Below are positions 19,241-28,848 of a stretch of 64,000 bases of DNA, in pieces (position 1 is the stretch's first letter; each line of letters begins with the position of its first letter). The stretch covers positions 24,896-88,895 of the forward strand of contig CAZUAJ010000001.1 in assembly GCA_964618105.1 (NCBI GenBank). The letters are read 5' to 3'. Origin of the DNA: an uncultured Clostridium sp. GTDB taxonomy: Bacteria; Bacillota; Clostridia; TANB77; CAG-508. The position numbers were made by a program, and so were the translations under genes. The notes beneath the pieces are model-generated. The model worked only from the letters and a program-made list of their open reading frames with translations, was not told the DNA's origin and made no database searches.

Positions 19241-21004
19241 TTAGTTCACCACCTTCTTAAATGATAAGTTACCATTTACTCTAGGCATAAAAGCAAAATT
19301 ACCAAGTTTCAAAGAGTTCGTAAATTCCGCATCAGATGCTGTGAATTTATCTCGAATCCAATTCGAAATATTGGTTCCATTATAGTAGATGTTAATTTGA
19401 TCATTTTCTATTTTAAGTTCATATTCGTTTCCAGATTCTCCTAAAACAATATTTCCATTAACAAATCTAATATATTTCAAAAATTCTTGTATTGTTGTAG
19501 AGTTATTATCTGTTGCTTCGATTATTTCATTAAATTTAAAATTAAATTCGGAAGAACTTTCTTCTAATTGGGTTTTTAATGTTCTTTGTTTTGTTTCTAA
19601 GTCACTAACTTTTGTTGTTGTTTCTGATACTGTTTGTTGAATATTACCTAAATTCAAACTTATACTAGTTGTTTTACTTTCTGTTTCACTTATAAAATTA
19701 GATAGCCCTTCAATTCTATCAGTTGTCATTGTTCCTGTAGTTATAAAATCTGCATTTATTTTTCCGTCCATTGTAATAGCTGTTTCAAATGGGCCTTCAT
19801 ATCCATTTGAACTAAAACCTATTCCAGCCAGACCAAATCTCCACACATTTTTTGCATTTTCCTTTGGCAGTTCATCTAAGATTAATATCTCATTTTCATC
19901 AATATACACATAGCCATTTTTATTTAAAGAATTTATTAATTCTGTCTGACCTTTAATTGTTATATCGTGATTTGAAACTTCTTGCCTAATCGTTTCCAAA
20001 GTATCTTTTATATTGTTAAATTTTGTTTTTGCATCTCTCGAGTAATTTCCGAAAGTCAATGATACAATTTTTTCTGAAATTAGATCGTATTCATACTCTA
20101 AAACCTCTGTAAATATATTTACAAAAGGATGAAGAACTTTTATTGTATCTCCTATTTCCAAACTATTGTTAATATTAGAATTAACAGTGTAGCTAACTTG
20201 AGGTGTTGAATTTTGTTCTAAGTATGCTGTAGCTTTTGCTCTTAATTCTTCTAAAAGCTTTTCTTCTGTTTGTTCTTCTGTTTCAAGTTCAGTTTGAAAC
20301 TCTACTATTCTTGTATATGGCACTTCATATTGAATTTTACTTTTAAGATATGGTTCTGGTAATAGAAGTCCATCACGTCCAACAGCTAAAAGCTTAGTGC
20401 ATACGTTTGACCAATCTTCAAAAATCTCAAATCCTTGCATATTTTTTCCGTAAGCAACTGTTTCCCCATTATCATGTCCAACATTTTGTTTAAAACTAAT
20501 ATCCCAATTATCTGCATCAAATACACCGTTCCACTTTTCTTCAAAAATAGTCCATGCTTCAAATAAACTCTTTCGAATAAAATATGATGTATTTGTATTC
20601 TCTACGTTAGAATCCGCAATATTAAAAGGACTCTCTGTATCAGTCCTTTCATTTATATATTTTAATCCATTTAGTCCATTTACATTTGTAGGTCTAACAT
20701 CTAATAGCATGTAGTTTTTTGAATCAAATATAACATGTTCAGCTTTGAACGAAATTTTATTTGTACTGTATTTTATGTCTTCAGAAATTCTAAAAGCTTG
20801 TGGTTTTAATTTTGATTTAGTTTTTACAACACATAGTTTGTCTTTACTAATATATTGTTTAAATTTAATTGGTATTTCTACATCAATATACCAGCCATTC
20901 AATGATTTTTTGTGTGTTTCGTGACAATATAGCGGATTGATAATTATATTTCCAGCAGAACTAAAATCTCGATCTATAGCATCAAATATTTTGATCATAG
21001 CCAT
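19241..21004 (-). CDS. Tail-associated lysin / prophage endopeptidase tail protein (Tal)
   Basis: 587 aa after Dit, siphovirus order. Confidence 0.6.
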   Translation of the reverse strand: MAMIKIFDAIDRDFSSAGNIIINPLYCHETHKKSLNGWYIDVEIPIKFKQYISKDKLCVVKTKSKLKPQAFRISEDIKYSTNKISFKAEHVIFDSKNYMLLDVRPTNVNGLNGLKYINERTDTESPFNIADSNVENTNTSYFIRKSLFEAWTIFEEKWNGVFDADNWDISFKQNVGHDNGETVAYGKNMQGFEIFEDWSNVCTKLLAVGRDGLLLPEPYLKSKIQYEVPYTRIVEFQTELETEEQTEEKLLEELRAKATAYLEQNSTPQVSYTVNSNINNSLEIGDTIKVLHPFVNIFTEVLEYEYDLISEKIVSLTFGNYSRDAKTKFNNIKDTLETIRQEVSNHDITIKGQTELINSLNKNGYVYIDENEILILDELPKENAKNVWRFGLAGIGFSSNGYEGPFETAITMDGKINADFITTGTMTTDRIEGLSNFISETESKTTSISLNLGNIQQTVSETTTKVSDLETKQRTLKTQLEESSSEFNFKFNEIIEATDNNSTTIQEFLKYIRFVNGNIVLGESGNEYELKIENDQINIYYNGTNISNWIRDKFTASDAEFTNSLKLGNFAFMPRVNGNLSFKKVVN

Positions 21005-21675
21005 CTATCCTTTCTCTTGATTTTTATTGTCATGTCACCACTATGCACACTAATGTTGTTATTTCCTGGCGAAAGTTTAGGAAATTCATATCCTATATCC
21101 AAATTTCTATTTCTGTTAAGTCCTTCGTACAATGCATTCATTTCTTCACAATCTATCTCTACGTATGTATCATTTGTATTGAATTTGTATTTAAACCTGA
21201 TACTTCCAATAGTCAAATCAACTGATTCATTCGTACCTTTTTCGAGTCTAATGAGTGGTTTACTTTCTATATTTCCATTATTTGATACGATGTTAGTACA
21301 TACTTCATAAGTATCATTTTTGTTATACTTAAATGGTTGACAGTAAAAGGTAACTGTTCCCTTTCTTAGTCGCAGCAACCTTTCTAAATTTATTTGTTCA
21401 TATACTGCGGCCTTATATACTTTATCGTTTTCATTTTCAAATGTCAGATCTCCTTTTCCACTAAAATACTGTAGAATTTTATTAATATCTGCATCCTTCT
21501 TAATTCCAATTTCTACATTTTTATTGTATGATTTATAGCCAAGTTCTTCTATAATTGTTCCATCTCTACCATCAATAGATGTTTCCTTAATTTTTATAGC
21601 AGAACTTGAAATTGGTGGTTCTGAACATATTATCAGACCACCAATAGTATTACTATTTACACCTTTAAAAATCAT
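20995..21675 (-). CDS. Distal tail protein (Dit, phage tail family)
   Basis: 226 aa directly after TMP. Confidence 0.6.
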   Translation of the reverse strand: MIFKGVNSNTIGGLIICSEPPISSSAIKIKETSIDGRDGTIIEELGYKSYNKNVEIGIKKDADINKILQYFSGKGDLTFENENDKVYKAAVYEQINLERLLRLRKGTVTFYCQPFKYNKNDTYEVCTNIVSNNGNIESKPLIRLEKGTNESVDLTIGSIRFKYKFNTNDTYVEIDCEEMNALYEGLNRNRNLDIGYEFPKLSPGNNNISVHSGDMTIKIKRKDRWL

Positions 21676-21676
21676 T

Positions 21677-23872
21677 TTAATACACCATCTCAGCTATTTT
21701 TGAATCAACAAAATTGCCTACCTCTCTGTCGTTTAATTCTATTTTCATTTCTTTTAATGCAGTTTTAAAAGCTTGTACTAAATTACTGTTTAAAGAATCA
21801 TTTTGTATGTTTTTATTTGACTTTATCTCCATAGAAGCATCGAATTCAGTTGGAATTGAATTTTGCATATCTTCTGAAACACCTTTCATAGTGTCTGTAA
21901 ATCCTTCACCTAATCCTAGTGCTAAATTTTCACCTATTTCATTTTTAAACAATGTTGAAGGAGAATGTATTCCAAAAAAATTCTTAATTTTATCAGTCAA
22001 ACCTTTTAATAATCCCTTACATTGATTCCAAAGCCATGTTCCCAAACCAGACATGCCTTCCCATAATCCTTTTAATAAATTTCTTCCTACATCTTTAATT
22101 GAAGTGATTCCATTTAGTAATCCTTTAACAATTGAACTTATAATTTGAGGAATTTTTGAAAGCAATTGTGGGATTGCTTTAATTAATCCTACTGCTAATT
22201 CTCCAATTAATTTTCCCGCAGCCTTTACAATTCTAGCTATCATATCTGGATTTGTTAATTTTGTAACTAATTTTTCTATAATTATTGGTATTTTTTCTAT
22301 CAATATAGGCAAAGCTTCAATAAGTCCTTCAGCTAATCCAAGTATTAATTCAATTCCTGCATCTATTATAGTATCGATATTATCAATTAAAGTTTCTGCT
22401 AAATTCAATATTGCTTCAATTGCAATTGGAATTAATTTTGGAAGTGTTTGTGATATTCCACTTATTAATTCATTTAATATATCTATTCCCATTTGAAGTA
22501 TTGCTGGTAAATTTGCTATTATCTTAGTTAATAATTCATTTATAATAGTAGAAACTAAAGGTCCAATTTCTGGTACCATTGTTAGTACACCTTCAATTAA
22601 CTTAGATAAAATGTTTTCTCCAGCTTGTAGTATATTAGGCAATTGTTCAATTATTTTTTGTGCCAGTTGTATTACAAGCTCTACTACTCCATCTATAATT
22701 ATCTCAACTCGAGGTAGCAAATTTGCTGCAGCGGTGGTCACACTGTCCACTAAATTATTAATAAGTACATCAAAATTGGCATTATCGTCAGCTATGCCTG
22801 TCAACATGTTTTGCCATGCCGATTTCATAGAATTAACGGATCCTTGGATTGTTGTGGAAGCCTCTTTGGCCGTAGTCCCTGTTATTCCAAGTTCTCCTTG
22901 AATCACATGAATTGCTTGATACACATCATTTAAACTACTTATGTCGTATTTGACACCTGTTATTTTTTGAGCATCTGAAAGAAGTCTTTCCATTTCAGAT
23001 TTTGTTCCACCATAACCAAGTTTCAGATTATCTAGCATGGTGTAATTCTGTTTGGCGAAACCTTGATAAGCATTTTGTATCATCGACATATCAGTTCCCA
23101 TTTTATTCGCATTGTCTGCCATATCTGTTATCGCCATATCTGCAACTGTGGCACTTTTTGCAGTATCATTGTTTAAGCTTTGCAAAAGACTTGCCGAAAA
23201 GCTTGTAACAGTTTCCATATATTCATTCGCCGAGAGCCCCGCTGTTTTATAAGCATTATTAGCATATTTTTCAACTGTAGATGCATTTTTTTTAAATAGT
23301 GTTTCTACACCTCCGATAAGTTGCTCATAATCTGCATAGCTCTCCAATGCCTGTTTTCCAACTTGAATAAATAAGCTTCCAAGTTCTTTTACTACACTTC
23401 CAAGTTTTTTTACACCTGATACAATGGCTTCACTTAATATATTAGCTTTTAATATATCTCCAAATTTTAAGACTCCTCCACCTGCATCATCAAAGCCTTT
23501 TTTCATATCCTTCAATTCTTTTGTGCTTTTATCAGTTTGATTTTCCATCGAAGCTAACTGTGTTTCGGCATTGTTTAATTGTGTTTTAAATGATCTTACT
23601 TTTTCATTGTTAGCTCCATATTCTTTTTCGGCCTTATTTAATGCTTCTCTCAAATTGTTTACTTTTTCTCTTTGTTCTTTAATTGTAATATTAGTATTAT
23701 CGTAAGTAGATTTAGCCTCTTTTACGGTTTTTTCTCCATTTGCAAATTGAACGTTTGTAAGTTTTAATTCGCTAGAAACTTCTTTTAAAGAACTGGTTAT
23801 TTCTTTTAAGGCTTTTCTATACTCACTCTCACCTGATAATTTAACTGAACCTCCAAAGCTACTATTTCCCAT
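21677..23872 (-). CDS. Tape measure protein
   Basis: 731 aa, long coiled-coil N-terminal part, A/G/I/L-rich helical repeats. Confidence 0.8.
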   Translation of the reverse strand: MGNSSFGGSVKLSGESEYRKALKEITSSLKEVSSELKLTNVQFANGEKTVKEAKSTYDNTNITIKEQREKVNNLREALNKAEKEYGANNEKVRSFKTQLNNAETQLASMENQTDKSTKELKDMKKGFDDAGGGVLKFGDILKANILSEAIVSGVKKLGSVVKELGSLFIQVGKQALESYADYEQLIGGVETLFKKNASTVEKYANNAYKTAGLSANEYMETVTSFSASLLQSLNNDTAKSATVADMAITDMADNANKMGTDMSMIQNAYQGFAKQNYTMLDNLKLGYGGTKSEMERLLSDAQKITGVKYDISSLNDVYQAIHVIQGELGITGTTAKEASTTIQGSVNSMKSAWQNMLTGIADDNANFDVLINNLVDSVTTAAANLLPRVEIIIDGVVELVIQLAQKIIEQLPNILQAGENILSKLIEGVLTMVPEIGPLVSTIINELLTKIIANLPAILQMGIDILNELISGISQTLPKLIPIAIEAILNLAETLIDNIDTIIDAGIELILGLAEGLIEALPILIEKIPIIIEKLVTKLTNPDMIARIVKAAGKLIGELAVGLIKAIPQLLSKIPQIISSIVKGLLNGITSIKDVGRNLLKGLWEGMSGLGTWLWNQCKGLLKGLTDKIKNFFGIHSPSTLFKNEIGENLALGLGEGFTDTMKGVSEDMQNSIPTEFDASMEIKSNKNIQNDSLNSNLVQAFKTALKEMKIELNDREVGNFVDSKIAEMVY

Positions 23873-23914
23873 TGTCTCACCTTCTTTATATTAATAAAGA
23901 AAGGCATTGGGTAA

Positions 23915-24064
23915 CTACTTCACAATTTTTGTTTGTGAGTGTTCCTCGCTCTTTTCCTTTTGTATTCTAATTATTTGTTTACATCTATTACACTTAATTT
24001 CTGCATCTATATGATTAGCAAAAATTAATGTTAACCCACATTGCGGGCATTTTATTTTCTCCAT
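23915..24064 (-). CDS. Small CxxC...CxxC zinc-ribbon protein between GT and TMP
   Basis: MEKIKCPQCG...CNRCKQ; RBS AGGAGAAA. Confidence 0.4.
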   Translation of the reverse strand: MEKIKCPQCGLTLIFANHIDAEIKCNRCKQIIRIQKEKSEEHSQTKIVK

Positions 24065-24106
24065 GTTGTTTCTCCTAGTCTGAAAGCCATTCTCCTTCAT
24101 GTGCAA

Positions 24107-24649
24107 TTTTTTCTTCTATTTCGCTATAACTTCTTTTTGTTAATTCAAAGTCATAATTCATTTTATAATGTTTATATAATTTTAATAATTTGTTGAGTGT
24201 CATTCTTCCGACTTCTTTTTCTGAAAACCCTAACAGGCAATGTCCTATAAATAGTAGCCACGAGAAATCAATTTTAAAATCCTCTTCCTCGTGGATTACA
24301 CATTTTTTGGTTTTTCTTCTACTTTAGTCGAATCAACAACTACTTCATTCATAGTTTGTGCGACTTCTTTTAGTCCAAGTTTTGTAATAATTCTTCCTAC
24401 TTGCTTATGAGTAAGAAAATCTTGTTTGTTTTCATTGTTTTCATTTTCTATGTCAATTCCTTCGTTTATCATTTCTCTAATTCCAAAAATTAGAGCTTCT
24501 AAATTTATTTCTTTTTCTTTTGAGTCAGTTAATTTTCCCCATTTTTCATAAGATCCATATTCTTTTTGAATTGCTTCTAGTACATTTAGAGTAAATGCTA
24601 ATGGGTATGTTTTTTCATCTACCGTGAAATGAGATATTTTATCTTGCAT
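24107..24649 (-). CDS. G-T fusion made by programmed -1 frameshift at the A_AAA_AAT heptamer near 24305
   Basis: The -1 frame is open for 64 codons from the slippery site to TAG at 24107; the 0 frame stops at 24296. Confidence 0.5.
24296..24649 (-). CDS. Tail assembly chaperone (gpG-like)
   Basis: 117 aa acidic protein between major tail and TMP. Confidence 0.6.
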   Translation of the reverse strand: MQDKISHFTVDEKTYPLAFTLNVLEAIQKEYGSYEKWGKLTDSKEKEINLEALIFGIREMINEGIDIENENNENKQDFLTHKQVGRIITKLGLKEVAQTMNEVVVDSTKVEEKPKNV

Positions 24650-24686
24650 AATTTTCTCCTTATATTTTTTAAGGAATAGGTTTGCC

Positions 24687-24830
24687 CTATTCCTTATTTT
24701 TTTCTTCTTTTATTTCTTCAAAAAAAGTGGTATTTTTTCTATACATATCTTTATCGATTTCATAGATTTTTCCAACTTTATATAATATTTTTCTATTTTT
24801 TTGGCATTGTGATATACATTTTACTTTCAT
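24687..24830 (-). CDS. 47-aa basic ORF (MKVKCISQCQKNRKILYK...) between the major tail and chaperone genes
   Basis: RBS AGGAGGTG then ATG; ends inside a perfect 10-bp hairpin AAGGAATAGG/CCTATTCCTT (24671-24695). Confidence 0.35.
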   Translation of the reverse strand: MKVKCISQCQKNRKILYKVGKIYEIDKDMYRKNTTFFEEIKEEKNKE

Positions 24831-24844
24831 AAAATTACACCTCC

Positions 24845-25432
24845 TTAGTTAGTAGCAGGAGTTAATAATGTATCTAAATAAGTTTCTGCAGCTACTTCCG
24901 TGTCAAAAGTATCATGTTTTTCCCAGTCACCAACTTCAAGTCCATTTATAGCTTTAGATAATGGAAGTACTGTTGCTTCTATATTTGTTATAGCAAATTC
25001 AACACTTTCTCCTCTCGTTTTTCTGTCCGTTGTAATCTTTGTAAATTTAACTCTTGGGAAAAATTCTACTTTCCATTTTTTCACACCATCTACAATTTTG
25101 GGAACAATATGGCCATAGCCAAATTCTGGTGCAGAATCATTTATATTTGATGTTACTTCTGTACCATCCGATGCAATTTTGTTCCCTAATAGGGTTGCAC
25201 AAGTCTTATCTTTGTCATCAGCAACAACAATATTTAAAGTTCCTTTTTTAAAGCTATTGTCGCTCTCTGCGAGACAGTCATTTGCATACAATTCTGCACT
25301 GTTATACTCTGGTGAAAATTTACTTTCAATAATTTTTTCTAGCAATGGTACATCATCTGTAACTGTTTTGTACTTATTTGTTGTTTGATCAATTTGATTA
25401 AATTTTGCTTGTTTTAAACCTACACTTGCCAT
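24845..25432 (-). CDS. Major tail protein
   Basis: Start moved to MASVGLKQ (25432), abutting the upstream stop at 25434; 195 aa. Confidence 0.6.
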   Translation of the reverse strand: MASVGLKQAKFNQIDQTTNKYKTVTDDVPLLEKIIESKFSPEYNSAELYANDCLAESDNSFKKGTLNIVVADDKDKTCATLLGNKIASDGTEVTSNINDSAPEFGYGHIVPKIVDGVKKWKVEFFPRVKFTKITTDRKTRGESVEFAITNIEATVLPLSKAINGLEVGDWEKHDTFDTEVAAETYLDTLLTPATN

Positions 25433-25433
25433 T

Positions 25434-25775
25434 TTATAAAACCCTCTCTTTCTCGAATGTACTTGTTCTGTGATATAACGAAGTTTCTTCTTCATACATT
25501 TCTTCGCTATCTCCAGTCCATATCCATTCATTTTCTTTCATTATTTTTTTTATTTCTTGCAATATATCTAAATAATTTGAATCGCTATAAATATCTATAT
25601 CAACTTCTACTATACTTGCTAAATTTTGATCATCACCATTTAATGAAGGCCTTTCTGGTAACATAGTCCACGTTACAAAAGTTTTGTTTTTTCCTTTGTA
25701 TCTAAGATGTGCTACATCAATTGATTTTCCGTCTATTTTTAAACTAGACAAGATTCTCTTTACTTCTTTATTCAT
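25434..25775 (-). CDS. Tail completion / head-tail joining protein (hypothetical)
   Basis: Position between the gp10-family gene and the major tail gene. Confidence 0.4.
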   Translation of the reverse strand: MNKEVKRILSSLKIDGKSIDVAHLRYKGKNKTFVTWTMLPERPSLNGDDQNLASIVEVDIDIYSDSNYLDILQEIKKIMKENEWIWTGDSEEMYEEETSLYHRTSTFEKERVL

Positions 25776-25780
25776 ATTTT

Positions 25781-26230
25781 TTACTCCTTCGGCAAATATT
25801 TTTCTTGAATTTTAAGCATTGCATCTTCAATTTCTTTTCTTTTAAAAGATTGTCTAAAAAAAGGCTTTTTTTGTTCTCCAGAGCTAGTTCCATATTCTCT
25901 TGCAAGAGCAATTAGTGGAATTGGTACTCCGTTAGGATATTGTTTGTTTTTTTTATTTCTATCATATCCGTAAAAAGCAATTTTTGAAGATATTTCATCA
26001 TTGCTTGTACGATACACTTTAGTTATTCTCAAGCCCTTCTCTAATGATTTAGTTGACTTAAAAGATTTTTTCATGTTTGACAGTACATTTTTGTAAACTA
26101 TCTTCGCACCAGCCTTTGTCATCTCCTGCATCATTTCTGTTGTATTAACTTCTAACCCTTCAAACTGCTTTATTAGCTCTTGTGGTAATTCTTCTTTAAA
26201 ATTAGCCATTATTTTGTAATCCTTTTGCAC
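25781..26230 (-). CDS. HK97 gp10-family tail component
   Basis: Size and position; family-typical basic C-terminus. Confidence 0.5.
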   Translation of the reverse strand: MQKDYKIMANFKEELPQELIKQFEGLEVNTTEMMQEMTKAGAKIVYKNVLSNMKKSFKSTKSLEKGLRITKVYRTSNDEISSKIAFYGYDRNKKNKQYPNGVPIPLIALAREYGTSSGEQKKPFFRQSFKRKEIEDAMLKIQEKYLPKE

Positions 26231-26556
26231 TGCATTTCAATTTCAATATTTTCCTCATCAACATTGTTTAAGTACTCTATTGTAAAAATCTGTTTTTTGT
26301 ATTCTACATACATTTTTCTGTTTGAATTGTAATAAGAATCTTCTACTTTTTTTGAATATCTTATTGTAAAATTTGTATATGCTTTTTCAAAATCAGTATT
26401 ATTAGTTATTAGAGTGAATCCTTTAGTTGTTTTAACTTTTGCATACGGTTTTAAAACCGTATTTTCTTTTGGTTTTTGGTCAAATCCAGCATCATCCGTA
26501 TTTTTTTCTATTGTAAAAATTCGTATTTTTTTATTATATTCACCAGCATTTATCAT
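26209..26556 (-). CDS. Head closure / head-tail adaptor protein
   Basis: Position and size (115 aa). Confidence 0.5.
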   Translation of the reverse strand: MINAGEYNKKIRIFTIEKNTDDAGFDQKPKENTVLKPYAKVKTTKGFTLITNNTDFEKAYTNFTIRYSKKVEDSYYNSNRKMYVEYKKQIFTIEYLNNVDEENIEIEMQCKRITK

Positions 26557-26867
26557 AAATTGTTCCTCGTATGCATATCCAAAATTGTCTTGACCGTATC
26601 ATTTTTATAATTCTTGTCAATATACATTGCTCTATTGTCGTACATATCTTGGCATAATATATATATAACAATAATAAGATCGTTATAATTATCAAGACTT
26701 TCTAATTGATTTGCATCTTCCTTTTTTCTTTGAATACCAGTATAATTTTCAACATAATTTATAGCAATTTCTAAAAAAGTAGATAAGTCTTCTTTTAAAG
26801 ACTCATCTACTTCTGTTATTCTTAAATAATTTGCAATATTTTCAGCTTTTATTTCACTTACTTTCAT
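26553..26867 (-). CDS. gp6-like head-tail connector
   Basis: 104 aa acidic protein directly after the capsid gene. Confidence 0.5.
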   Translation of the reverse strand: MKVSEIKAENIANYLRITEVDESLKEDLSTFLEIAINYVENYTGIQRKKEDANQLESLDNYNDLIIVIYILCQDMYDNRAMYIDKNYKNDTVKTILDMHTRNNL

Positions 26868-26899
26868 TTAGCTACCTCCTTTTTTGAGGTGTTATTTTA

Positions 26900-28054
26900 T
26901 TAATCTGCAGCACCAGATACTGCTACTGCTATTTTTTGTGTATCTTCAACTTTAGCATCTATCTCGCCCCAAGCTACTACTCCAATTGCATGTTGTGCTG
27001 CATATAACTCATTTAAAATTTGAATTTCTGCTTGTTCAGACTCTTTTACTGCTAAACCTGAGAAATCTCCAAACATAATAACTGGTTTTGAAGCAGTTCC
27101 TAATGCTTTAAGGTTATCAGTACAGTAAACATCATTACCCATTAATTTGTAGTTCCATCTTGCAGTTGAATCTTTTTCTAATAGATAATTACCTTGTCCG
27201 TCTTTAAGCTTTCTTATTGCCTTTCTTGTTTCTTTAGCCATTACCCAAATTGCATCTGTAGCATAAACATCTGGAACTAACTCTTGTATATCTATTAGTT
27301 CATCAGCAGTTACTGATGATTTTTTAGCAAGAGTAACTTTCATGTTAGTAGAGTCATAAGAACCTATAACTCCAGAAACTTTATTATTTGTTCCATTTAA
27401 TAATTCTCCTTCTAAGAATTTAGCTATTTTTTTAGACATTTTATTTATAACATACTCAGTTAATTTAAAGTCTGAATTTTTTAATAAAGATTTTGAGATT
27501 TTTGTTAATGCTCCATATAAAAATCCTGAAAGTTCAATGCTTCCCATTTTAGATGAATGGCTAACTAAATCTGTAAATTCAGTTGCATAAGCTACTGTTA
27601 TAGCATCTGAACTTTCATCTTCTTTTGGAATGCTTATTGTTCCACCAATCGGATATTTAGTTGAAAGTTGATAAATAGGGCATATATTTTCAACTTTCTC
27701 TATAATTTTTTGAACTATAGTTTTAGGGATTACAGCCCCATTGTCGCCTTTAGTTAATTGAGTAGCATCATTTTGTACTTTTCCTGCAACAGCTCTAATA
27801 TAACCTGCAAAGTTCTTGATGTCTTTTTCTTCTTCTGTTAATCCATTATCAACTGGTTCCATTTTTTCTGCTTTTTTTATTGTTGCACTTCTTTCTAAAG
27901 TAGCATCAATATTCTTGATTTCCTTTTCCATTTCATCGAAATCTTTGATTTCTTCTTCATTCATTGCTCTATTCTCTGCTTGAGCTAACTTTAAAATTCC
28001 TTCCATTTTGTCTTGCAATTCATTTCTCTTTTCTTTTAATTCTTTTTCATTCAT
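26900..28054 (-). CDS. HK97-family major capsid protein with N-terminal coiled-coil delta/scaffold domain
   Basis: 384 aa after the ClpP-like protease. Confidence 0.75.
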   Translation of the reverse strand: MNEKELKEKRNELQDKMEGILKLAQAENRAMNEEEIKDFDEMEKEIKNIDATLERSATIKKAEKMEPVDNGLTEEEKDIKNFAGYIRAVAGKVQNDATQLTKGDNGAVIPKTIVQKIIEKVENICPIYQLSTKYPIGGTISIPKEDESSDAITVAYATEFTDLVSHSSKMGSIELSGFLYGALTKISKSLLKNSDFKLTEYVINKMSKKIAKFLEGELLNGTNNKVSGVIGSYDSTNMKVTLAKKSSVTADELIDIQELVPDVYATDAIWVMAKETRKAIRKLKDGQGNYLLEKDSTARWNYKLMGNDVYCTDNLKALGTASKPVIMFGDFSGLAVKESEQAEIQILNELYAAQHAIGVVAWGEIDAKVEDTQKIAVAVSGAAD

Positions 28055-28119
28055 ATTTTTTACCTTCCTTTTTTAAAATTTTTATATAAAATAAAAAACA
28101 ACTAAAGATAGTTGTTTTA

Positions 28120-28848
28120 TTATTTTTTAATATTAAATAACCTTTTCTCAAATTCTGAATAATCGAATTTTGGCTTCTTTATGTCTTTAAAACTTTTAGG
28201 AACATTTTTGTACTGCTTAAATATATCTGATACACATGCAGCAACTTGTTTTTGTTCTTTTATTAAATTTACATCAAAGGTTTGATTTGCTTCTTCAGCT
28301 CCTAGCCAACTTTCAGCATTTATCAACTCTTTAATTTCATCTTCTGTTACTTTTGATTTCTTCATATAAAGTGGTATCATAGTACTATTTTCAATTGTGT
28401 TTAATACATCTATGCATTTTTGAAAATCTACTGCATTTCCATAGCACCAATTAATTGGTTTATGTATCATTATCATAGAATTCTCATACATATTTATGTC
28501 GTCGCCCATCATTAATATAAATGTACCAGCACTTGCGCATAGTCCATCAACAAAAGTATGTATTTTAGTTCCATTATCTTTTAATCTTTGTAACATACTG
28601 CAAATTGTAGTTGCTACAAATACTTCTCCTCCTGGTGTATTCATATAGATATTTAAGTTCAATATGTTTCCTAAACTATCTAATTCTTCCTTAAAGGACT
28701 GTAACCCTATTAAATTCTTGTCTTTTTCGCCAGTCCACCAATCTTTGTCGTCAGTAACTAATTCGCCATAAATATATAAATCTGCACTTGCATTTGGTAT
28801 TATATTTTTTATTTCATAAAACTTTTTAGTTTTCATTCTTATTTTCAC
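28120..28848 (-). CDS. ClpP-family prohead serine protease
   Basis: MNTPGGEV...GLCASAGTFILMMGD ClpP motifs. Confidence 0.8.
   Translation of the reverse strand: MKIRMKTKKFYEIKNIIPNASADLYIYGELVTDDKDWWTGEKDKNLIGLQSFKEELDSLGNILNLNIYMNTPGGEVFVATTICSMLQRLKDNGTKIHTFVDGLCASAGTFILMMGDDINMYENSMIMIHKPINWCYGNAVDFQKCIDVLNTIENSTMIPLYMKKSKVTEDEIKELINAESWLGAEEANQTFDVNLIKEQKQVAACVSDIFKQYKNVPKSFKDIKKPKFDYSEFEKRLFNIKK

Noticed and set aside
22611-22901. Plus-strand ORFs inside the tape measure, tail, capsid and terminase genes (e.g. 21017-21310, 21714-22025, 22611-22901, 23002-23208, 24900-25388, 28866-29084, 29742-30092, 30506-30706, 32026-32208)
   Set aside because: They are antisense shadows of long, well-supported minus-strand phage genes.
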